A stretch of DNA of 64,000 nt from Candidatus Binatia bacterium (GTDB lineage: Bacteria; Desulfobacterota; Binatia; HRBIN30), in contig JBBRSP010000017.1 in assembly GCA_038245295.1 (NCBI GenBank), positions 1 to 64,000 on the forward strand. The letters run 5' to 3'. Each line of letters begins with the position of its first letter. Position 1 is the first letter of the stretch. The notes under the pieces were generated by a model. That model was not told the DNA's origin, ran no database searches, and saw only the letters and a program-made list of their open reading frames with translations. The position numbers and the translations under genes were made by a program. Shown here in pieces: positions 57,438 through 64,000 of this stretch.

Positions 57438-57725
57438 TTAGGTCCGCGGTGCTGCAGCGGTGCTTGGCGCCGTCGCATGAGTCGTCTGGGCCCGGAGGTG
57501 CTCACCTAGTTCGCTGGCTTTCTCGGCCAGGTCGTGGCGAATCTGTTGGCCTGCCTTCGGGGCGAACAGCAACGCCAAGCCGGCTCCCAGCATGATGCCG
57601 GTGCCAAAGACTCCGAACACGCCAAGCGTCGAAGCGACCCGGCTGGTCGACTTGGTCTGTAAACCGATGGCGTTTGCCAACTCTTCCTTTGATGGAAGGG
57701 CCTCGAGAAGATCTTCGAGTTTCAT
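57438..57725 (-). CDS. YtxH-domain protein
   Basis: GIMLGAGLALLFAPKAGQQIRHDL; AAGGAG RBS. Confidence 0.85.
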   Translation of the reverse strand: MKLEDLLEALPSKEELANAIGLQTKSTSRVASTLGVFGVFGTGIMLGAGLALLFAPKAGQQIRHDLAEKASELGEHLRAQTTHATAPSTAAAPRT

Positions 57726-57746
57726 GATGGCTGCTCCTTTGGGTCG

Positions 57747-58118
57747 CTAGACCCGTTCAACCGCCACGCTACGCGGCGGGGTGTTGCTGGAAGGAAAAAG
57801 TCGGGCGCTGATTTCGCGTGTTGCCAGCACGGTGGCAAATCGGGTCGCCGCACCAAGCAGGACAACGGTCAGTCGCGAGTTGAGCCCGCCGCCGAGAACG
57901 TAGCCAATGCCGAGGGCGGCACCCAATGTTACGTAGGGCCGCTGTTTAAGCTGGTGCGTCAGGGTCTGTTGCGCCGCGCTGGAAGCGTCGCGCACTGCTT
58001 CGGCGAGGGCCGTCGCGTCATGTTGGATCTCGCGCGCGTGTTGGCGCAGCGAGCGCTCGTCGACAAATTCGGCGTTTGCGGCACTCCAGGCGCCGTTAAC
58101 GTGCGTGGCGTGGGTCAT
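57747..58118 (-). CDS. DUF883/ElaB-YqjD-like tail-anchored protein
   Basis: Helical N-region then QRPYVTLGAALGIGYVLG. Confidence 0.65.
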   Translation of the reverse strand: MTHATHVNGAWSAANAEFVDERSLRQHAREIQHDATALAEAVRDASSAAQQTLTHQLKQRPYVTLGAALGIGYVLGGGLNSRLTVVLLGAATRFATVLATREISARLFPSSNTPPRSVAVERV

Positions 58119-58351
58119 CGCCGAGCCCGCCTAAGGCTGGAGACGATGCGTCCCATCACAAACCCGAAAGCGACGGCGCCCAGGATTGCGACGACGGGCC
58201 GTTGGCGAACGCCGCGGCGCGTCCGTTCCTGTAACTCCGTGAGTGTCGTGCCGACGGTGTCGATATCGGCTCCGACGGCATCAACGAGGGGCGCGATAGA
58301 TTCGTCGGCAAGGATGGTGTCGGTGGTCATCGTGGTCTCCTGTGTCTCCAT
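58115..58351 (-). CDS. DUF883-like small tail-anchored protein
   Basis: VRQRPVVAILGAVAFGFVMGRIVS; start may be the second Met (AGGAG RBS). Confidence 0.6.
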   Translation of the reverse strand: METQETTMTTDTILADESIAPLVDAVGADIDTVGTTLTELQERTRRGVRQRPVVAILGAVAFGFVMGRIVSSLRRARR

Positions 58352-58372
58352 GCAATGAAACAGTCACGCTTC

Positions 58373-58430
58373 TTTCTATCGGCATGTCAGGTAAGCAGTA
58401 AGCTCGGAGTACTACGCGCGTGCTTCTACG
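58373..58430 (-). promoter_or_regulatory. Tandem-box promoter, site 7 (DUF883-DUF883-YtxH-DUF3309 operon)
   Basis: Minus strand CGTAGAAGCACG-CG-CGTAGTACTCCG-AGC-TTACTG-N17-TAGAAA. Confidence 0.82.
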
Positions 58431-58545
58431 CGGCGACGGCGTTGCGGCGCTCATGGAGTGGTCTGTGCCGGTGTGTTGCCAGCGGGATGGGCCACGAAAT
58501 TACGTGGCTAGTGCAGCGCCGCGGTGGTCAGTATAAGTGCCCGCC

Positions 58546-59532
58546 ATGAACGCCGCGGAGAAGCCGTTGAGTCTGTCCCCGGCGCCGCTGATCGATGTCG
58601 AGGAGTTGGAAGTGCGCTACGGCACACGCGCCGCTCTGCGTGGTCTTAGTTTTACAGTGAAGGCCGGCGAGGTCGTCGGACTGCTCGGACCAAACGGCGC
58701 CGGAAAGACAACGACGTTTTCGGTCCTCGCGACGCTACGTAAGCCAGATGCGGGGCGCGTCACCGTCGCCGGCCTGTCGGTGGCCGACGCCCCCAAACAG
58801 GTGCGCCGAATGCTCGGCGTCGTTCCACAATCTCTCGCTCTGTATCCGACGTTCAGCGCCCGCGAGAATGTGGTTCTCTTCGCGCGGTTGGCGGGGTTAC
58901 GTGGCCGGGCGGTACACGTCGCCGCGACGGCGGCCCTGCAACTCGTCGGTCTCGAGGATCGCGCCGACGATCGCGTCGGGTCGTTTTCCGGCGGTATGCA
59001 ACACCGGCTTAATTTGGCCTGTGGCATCCTGCACGCGCCGCGTGTCGTACTGCTCGACGAACCTACCGTCGGCGTCGATCCGCAGTCGCGCGAGCGCATC
59101 GGCGAGGCGGTGCGCGATCAAGCCCGGCGCGGCGCCGCGGTTCTTTACAGCACTCATGATCTCGACGAGGCCGAGCGCGTTTGCGACCGCGTAGTGCTGA
59201 TCGACGAAGGACACGTGGTGAGCGACGGCACGCCGGAGGAGTTGATTCGCCGCTCGGGTGGCGTGCTGCGCCTCGAGGTCGTCACCCGCGCGCCGCTGCC
59301 CGTCGGTTGGTTTGAGGGGGTGGACGGAGTTGTTCCGATCCACGCCGCAGCGGTGGCGCCGCTATTGAGCCGGGGCCCGACTGTCCATGTCGGACTCACT
59401 GACCTGAGCAGCGCGTCGCGCGTTCTCGAGCGCGCCACGGCGTGTGGTGGGGGAGTGCTCGAGTTTCATGTCCACCAACCCAGCCTGCAGGACGTGTTCA
59501 TGGCGCTGACCGGGCGGGCGCTGCGCGATTGA
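58546..59532 (+). CDS. ABC-2 type exporter ATP-binding protein
   Basis: GPNGAGKTT, FSGGMQHRL, LLDEPTVGVD, STH. Confidence 0.92.
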   Translation: MNAAEKPLSLSPAPLIDVEELEVRYGTRAALRGLSFTVKAGEVVGLLGPNGAGKTTTFSVLATLRKPDAGRVTVAGLSVADAPKQVRRMLGVVPQSLALYPTFSARENVVLFARLAGLRGRAVHVAATAALQLVGLEDRADDRVGSFSGGMQHRLNLACGILHAPRVVLLDEPTVGVDPQSRERIGEAVRDQARRGAAVLYSTHDLDEAERVCDRVVLIDEGHVVSDGTPEELIRRSGGVLRLEVVTRAPLPVGWFEGVDGVVPIHAAAVAPLLSRGPTVHVGLTDLSSASRVLERATACGGGVLEFHVHQPSLQDVFMALTGRALRD

Positions 59533-59539
59533 GGATTGT

Positions 59540-61219
59540 ATGTCATCGCTGTTGACCCTCATCGGCAAGGACTTGCGCTTGCTCGGGCGTGACCGAGCCG
59601 CGCTGGTGTTCATTCTGCTGGCGCCGCTGATCGTAATCTGTGTGGCGGGCTTGTCTCTGGCCAACCTCTATGGCGCCGACCCGACCGGGCAAACGGCCTA
59701 CGACTTGCCCCTGTTCGATGAGGACGGCAGTCGCCTATCGCAAGAGATTCGTGAACGCCTGGCGCAGGAGCCGGCGGTGCGTCTGCGCGACGTCGGCAGC
59801 CGCGCCGAAGCGCAAGAACTGGTGCGCGACAAACAGGCCGGCTCAGCGCTCATCATTCCGCGCGGCACGGCGGCAGCGTTGACCGCCGGCGCAGGCGCCA
59901 AGATCATCCTGTTCAACGATCCGGTGAAGTATCTGGAACGCATCAATCTGCGGACTCGGATTCTCGAACTGCGTGATGCGATCAGTACGGAGCAGGGCGC
60001 CGCTGTGCGACAGGGGGCCGCGGCGGAACGAGCCAAGGCCGAAGAGAAGATTGCCGCCTTCAAGGCGGTCGTGGTGAACCAGCGCGCCAAGCTCGAGGCG
60101 GCATGGAGTGAGGCGAGACGGATTCGTGCCGCGGTCTTGGAGGCAGCCCGACGTGATGCGGTGCAGGCGCGCGGCGAGGCGACTCGCGTGATCAAGAACG
60201 AGTGGCAGCAGCACTCGGCGCGTGTGCAGAAAGATGTTCAGAGCCAGGTCGAGCAACTGCGCCAGGAGTTTCGGGCGTATGTCGAAGCCTTGGCGACGGC
60301 GCGGCAGGGCTTTGAAGCATGGCTGGAAGATCTCAAGACGCGCGCCGGCAGCCATGCCAGCGACATCCCGCCGCCGCCGTCGTTTCCGGAGTTGCCTGTG
60401 TCGCTCAAGCAGATCGTTGACGGCAGTCGGGCTCCTGTGGAACTGCGCCTGCCGGAGGTAGAGCTTGCGTTGCCGACCCCCAGAATGCCTGATCTGCCGG
60501 CGCTGCCGGACCTGCCTGAAATTGAGCTTCCGGAGATCGTTTTGCCGCCATTGCCGCCGGCGCCGTCGAGTCTCGAGATCGAAGTGGTCAGTCTCGCCGG
60601 CGTCCCAACCTACATCAATACCTTCGATCAGAACGTGCCCGGGTTCGCCGTGACCTTCCTGATGCTCGGTATGTTGCTGGGCATCTCGCTCGGACTCCTG
60701 GATGAACGTGAGTGGGGCACCATGCAGCGCGTGCGCGCGTTGCCGGTAGGGCCGTCGCAGTTCCTGTTGGCCAAACTATTGACGCGCTTCCTGGTGGGTG
60801 TGGGGCAGATGATCGTGCTGCTGACGATCGGTTGGCTCGCCTTCGGTGTGTCGCTCGGACCACAACCTGTGGCGCTGCTGTTGCCGATCGTCGGGATCGC
60901 ATATGCCGGAACGGCCTTCGGCTTGATCGTCGCAGCCGTGGCAACGAGTCGCGAGGCGGTCTTCTCGGTCGGATCGGTGGTGATGGTGACAATGTCCGCC
61001 GTCGGCGGTTGCTGGTGGCCGATCGACCTGGAACCGCGTTGGATGCGCAGTGTCGCTCTGGCCTTTCCAACGACCTGGGCGATGGATGCCTTCAACGATC
61101 TCATGATCCGGCGGCGCACCATCGATGCGGCATATCTGCCGACGGCGGTCATGCTCGCCTACGGCAGCCTCTACCTGCTGATTGGTCTGATGATCTTTCG
61201 CCGCCGCGCCGAGGGATGA
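59540..61219 (+). CDS. ABC-2 type permease with large coiled-coil/Pro-rich extracytoplasmic insertion
   Basis: KDLRLLGRDR, DQNVPGF, EREWGT..R, GGCWWP. Confidence 0.85.
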   Translation: MSSLLTLIGKDLRLLGRDRAALVFILLAPLIVICVAGLSLANLYGADPTGQTAYDLPLFDEDGSRLSQEIRERLAQEPAVRLRDVGSRAEAQELVRDKQAGSALIIPRGTAAALTAGAGAKIILFNDPVKYLERINLRTRILELRDAISTEQGAAVRQGAAAERAKAEEKIAAFKAVVVNQRAKLEAAWSEARRIRAAVLEAARRDAVQARGEATRVIKNEWQQHSARVQKDVQSQVEQLRQEFRAYVEALATARQGFEAWLEDLKTRAGSHASDIPPPPSFPELPVSLKQIVDGSRAPVELRLPEVELALPTPRMPDLPALPDLPEIELPEIVLPPLPPAPSSLEIEVVSLAGVPTYINTFDQNVPGFAVTFLMLGMLLGISLGLLDEREWGTMQRVRALPVGPSQFLLAKLLTRFLVGVGQMIVLLTIGWLAFGVSLGPQPVALLLPIVGIAYAGTAFGLIVAAVATSREAVFSVGSVVMVTMSAVGGCWWPIDLEPRWMRSVALAFPTTWAMDAFNDLMIRRRTIDAAYLPTAVMLAYGSLYLLIGLMIFRRRAEG

Positions 61220-61354
61220 GTGGATCGATTGTGCGAGTCGCGGGTAGCCGCAGGCTTTAGAGGTTGGCGCAAAACTCGCTGAGCCGGCTTCGACAGGCTC
61301 ATGGTTCGACGAGCTCACCATGGGAGGGTGTTTGGTTGATTCCGAAGGCAGTTT

Positions 61355-61406
61355 TCCGCTCGCCCTGATCTAGTCGAAGGGTGAGCGTAGGTTTTGAGAT
61401 ACCCTC
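61355..61406. repeat. REP-like intergenic repeat, copy 2
   Basis: Matches 9-60. Confidence 0.75.
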
Positions 61407-61509
61407 TTTTGCCTGCGCTGTAGGTCAATTGTGCGAGAAAGGGGGGGCCCCGGCGGCGAGAGAAGGGCGATCGTTACCCGCCGCCGGGTTGTGTGTAGAG
61501 GTGAGGCGG

Positions 61510-62523
61510 CTACTCTACTCGAAGCTCTACACGACGGTTCTGGGCGCGGCCGTCATCGGTATCGTTCGAGGCAACCGGCTTTGATTCGCCGAAACCTTCG
61601 GTCTTGATCCGATCAGCTGGCAGGCCGCGCTTTACGAGGTAATCACGAACCGCGCTAGCGCGGCGCTCGGAGAGTTTCTCATTGTACGAATCGGAGCCTT
61701 TGCTGTCGGTGTGGCCTTCGACGATTACCAGGACACCGCCTTCGGCTTTCAACGTCGCTGCCGCTTCGTCGAGAACGGGGGCAGCGTCTTTACGGATATT
61801 CGACTTGTCGAAATCAAAATGCACGCTGCGCAGCACCAGCTTCTTCTTGACGGGCGGCGCCGGGGCTGGGGCCGGAGCTTGTGCGACGACCGGAGCCGGA
61901 GCTGGACGCGGTGCTTCGGCCGGGCCGTTGAAGGCGTACTTCACACCGATACCAACCGTGGCCCACTGGGCGTCGGCCGGACCCTGGTCGTCTTGCGCCT
62001 GGTTGGACAAGGTTGTCGGGCGTGGCGACATGTAGGTTCGATTCCAGCGCCCGAAGACACCCAGGGCGACCTGAGGTGTGATGTTGAAGTCGATACCACC
62101 GCCAACGGAGAAGCCTGGCGCCGTGTGGTTCAAGCGTCCGCTGAGCCCGGTGAAGGCACCACCCTGACCGGTTGCATAAATGTCGACCATCTCACCAAGC
62201 GGCACGGAAAGGCGCGGACCAATGGTCCCGCCAAGCATGGTGGTGGTTTGGTTCTCGTGGCTGAAGCCGCGGTGATCGTTGTCCGGCAGCTGCCCCGTAA
62301 AGTGCAGTTGGCCTTGCAGGCCGAGGTAGTCGTTGAACATGTAACCCACATAAGGGTTGGCGGTCGCTCCCTCATGGACGTGGGCGCGGTAGTTCTTATT
62401 GGTCGGCAGCGACGCACCGAGGTCGATACCAACGAAAGCACCATCCGCGTGAACGGTGGTGGCGGCCCAGAGCAGCAGCGGCGGAGTTACCAGCAGGAAG
62501 CGTTTACGCAGGTTCATTGTCAT
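61510..62523 (-). CDS. OmpA-family outer membrane protein (beta-barrel + peptidoglycan-binding domain)
   Basis: Signal peptide; barrel ending GVKYAF; PA linker; VHFDFDKS, EGHTDSKGS..YNEKLSERRA, NRRVE. Confidence 0.92.
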   Translation of the reverse strand: MTMNLRKRFLLVTPPLLLWAATTVHADGAFVGIDLGASLPTNKNYRAHVHEGATANPYVGYMFNDYLGLQGQLHFTGQLPDNDHRGFSHENQTTTMLGGTIGPRLSVPLGEMVDIYATGQGGAFTGLSGRLNHTAPGFSVGGGIDFNITPQVALGVFGRWNRTYMSPRPTTLSNQAQDDQGPADAQWATVGIGVKYAFNGPAEAPRPAPAPVVAQAPAPAPAPPVKKKLVLRSVHFDFDKSNIRKDAAPVLDEAAATLKAEGGVLVIVEGHTDSKGSDSYNEKLSERRASAVRDYLVKRGLPADRIKTEGFGESKPVASNDTDDGRAQNRRVELRVE

Positions 62524-62592
62524 ATCCTCTTTTCCGTTCATGGTGGCCCGGGCACTGGCGATCGGTTGATCGGTGAGCTGACCACGAGTCCT

Positions 62593-62649
62593 GTTATAGG
62601 TTGTCGGCCCTGCTCCATAAGCTCGGAGTACTACGCGCGTGGTTCTACG
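62593..62649 (-). promoter_or_regulatory. Tandem-box promoter, site 8 (ompA)
   Basis: Minus strand CGTAGAACCACG-CG-CGTAGTACTCCG-AGC-TTATGG-N16-TATAAC; core 31/32 identical to site 7. Confidence 0.82.
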
Positions 62650-62716
62650 TGCCGGGTTGGGTCGACGCAGGGCGTTTTGGGTAGGGTGAGACGTGTGTTG
62701 GGGCGACGCGTGTCGA

Positions 62717-63535
62717 TCAGCGGCCGGTGAGCTCGCGGCGTAGGCTGCGGGTCATCAGCCGCTCGTACAAAGCGGGTGCAAGGCGACTGAGCCACATGGT
62801 CGTCTTGCCGACCGCCGTGAGCACAACGAGATCGCGGCCGCGGCTTGCCGCGTCGAACACCGCGTCGGCCACACTGGCCGGCTCTGCCAGGCTGCCGACG
62901 GTCGACTGCGGGTGTCGCGTGACGCTGCCGTCGCCATCGAGCGCCGAAGTGCTGAGGCCGGTGCGGGTGAATCCGGGACAAACCAGCAGGACATCGACGC
63001 CCGTGTCGCGCAACTCGCCGCGCAGCGAACCGAACAGGCCCATACACGCGTGTTTACTGGCGGCATAGCCGGTGCGCCCATACAGGGGTGCGATGCCCGC
63101 GATGGAGCTGACGGTGACGATCAGGCCACGGCGCCGAGCCAGGCTCGGCAGGGCGGCCTTGGTGCAGTAGAGGGGACCAAAGAAGTTGACGTTCATCACC
63201 TTGCGGTAGACGGCGGTCGCGGTGTCGACGAAGGCGCTGCGGTGGGTGATGCCGGCGTTGTTGATCAGTACGTCGATGTCGCCGAAGCGTGCGACAATTC
63301 CAGCCATAACGCCGACGCACTGCGATTCGTCGGTGATGTCGCACGGTAGCGCCAAATAGGGGACGCCGAGTTGGCGCAGCTCAGCGGCGACGGGCTCGAG
63401 CCGGTCCTCGCTGAGGTCCAAGAGTGCGACGTTGGCGCCGGCCTGGGCGAAGCGTCGACAGAGCGCCGAACCGATGCCGCCGGCGGCGCCGGTGACGACG
63501 ACAGTGCTGCCGGCAAAGGTACGTCGGCGGCCCAT
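62717..63535 (-). CDS. Short-chain dehydrogenase/reductase
   Basis: TGAAGGIG, NNAGI, YAASK. Confidence 0.92.
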   Translation of the reverse strand: MGRRRTFAGSTVVVTGAAGGIGSALCRRFAQAGANVALLDLSEDRLEPVAAELRQLGVPYLALPCDITDESQCVGVMAGIVARFGDIDVLINNAGITHRSAFVDTATAVYRKVMNVNFFGPLYCTKAALPSLARRRGLIVTVSSIAGIAPLYGRTGYAASKHACMGLFGSLRGELRDTGVDVLLVCPGFTRTGLSTSALDGDGSVTRHPQSTVGSLAEPASVADAVFDAASRGRDLVVLTAVGKTTMWLSRLAPALYERLMTRSLRRELTGR

Positions 63536-64000
63536 CAGCGATGCGCCTCCACGTACGTGTCAAACACCTCCGACGTCGTCTTACGTGGCACGAAGCCGAA
63601 CTCTTCCTTGAGGCGTCGGTTGGCGAGGACAGGGCGATATCGCAAGAAGCCAACCTGTTCCGGGCCATACCGCGTCAGGTGTAGCCGTTTGAGCAGTCCG
63701 AGCACGGCGATGACGATCGCCGGAGGCAAGGAGACGTACGGCTTGCACAAACGCTCGGCCATCTCGCGCAGCGTGATGGCCCCGTCGGCGGCCAAATTGA
63801 AGATACCGCGGCCGCCGACATGGATGCCGCGCAGGATGGCGGCGACCACATCCTGATCCCAAATGAGGACGAATGGTGTCGTGGCGCCGCCGATTCCAAG
63901 CACGTACGGATGATTGAACATGGCGGTGATCTGGTTGTCGGCGCGCGCCCCGAGGATGGTGCCGGGGCGGAATACAAGTTGCTCGAGCTCGGGATGGTTC
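63535..64000 (-). CDS. NAD-dependent epimerase/extended SDR, C-terminal part (runs off the window)
   Basis: FRPGTILG...FVLIWDQDV...GIFNLA...RLKEEFGF; frame open to the window edge. Confidence 0.7.
   Translation of the reverse strand, partial: NHPELEQLVFRPGTILGARADNQITAMFNHPYVLGIGGATTPFVLIWDQDVVAAILRGIHVGGRGIFNLAADGAITLREMAERLCKPYVSLPPAIVIAVLGLLKRLHLTRYGPEQVGFLRYRPVLANRRLKEEFGFVPRKTTSEVFDTYVEAHR

Noticed and set aside
32774..62649. Tandem-box motif as a CRISPR array or MITE
   Set aside because: Copies are dispersed singly with no spacers, terminal repeats or target duplications, and have fixed orientation and distance to a -10 element, which fits regulatory sites.
1..64000. tRNA, rRNA, prophage, integrase or defence genes
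   Set aside because: None recognised by eye; no covariance-model search was run, so small ncRNAs could be missed.

Overview
GC-rich bacterial chromosome segment, most consistent with Candidatus Binatia/Deltaproteobacteria. This is inferred from two secreted proteins ending in a CxGDCNxDGxVTVDE dockerin-like domain and from several LLM/F420-type oxidoreductases. The left part (1-27 kb) is mostly metabolic and housekeeping: LLM enzymes, rhomboid protease, M20 peptidase, APC permease, a large di-heme beta-propeller surface protein, plsX, rplU-rpmA-obgE-proB and a menB-like gene, plus TetR and MgtA pseudogene remnants. The right part (about 27-62.6 kb) looks like a general-stress island. It holds a CheB-CheR-PAS-FixL-type kinase with a FixJ-type regulator, a second near-identical FixJ paralog, two more kinases, three CsbD, two DUF3309, DUF1328, BON/OsmY, YtxH, DUF883-like proteins, SOD, VIT1, NRAMP, an ice-binding protein and OmpA. 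The main observation is an unannotated cis-regulatory element found nine times in intergenic DNA of this island. It consists of 2-3 tandem 12-bp pseudo-palindromic boxes (CGTAG-N2-CTACG type, 14-bp period), always oriented toward the downstream gene and ending 25-26 bp before a TAnnnn -10 element. The best hypothesis is a FixJ-family-activated general stress regulon. Other points are a circularly permuted lipoprotein esterase, an ABC-D transporter with a degenerate signature motif, a sigma54 promoter on one csbD operon, and several REP/REPIN families. All product calls come from motif recognition by eye; no database searches were run.
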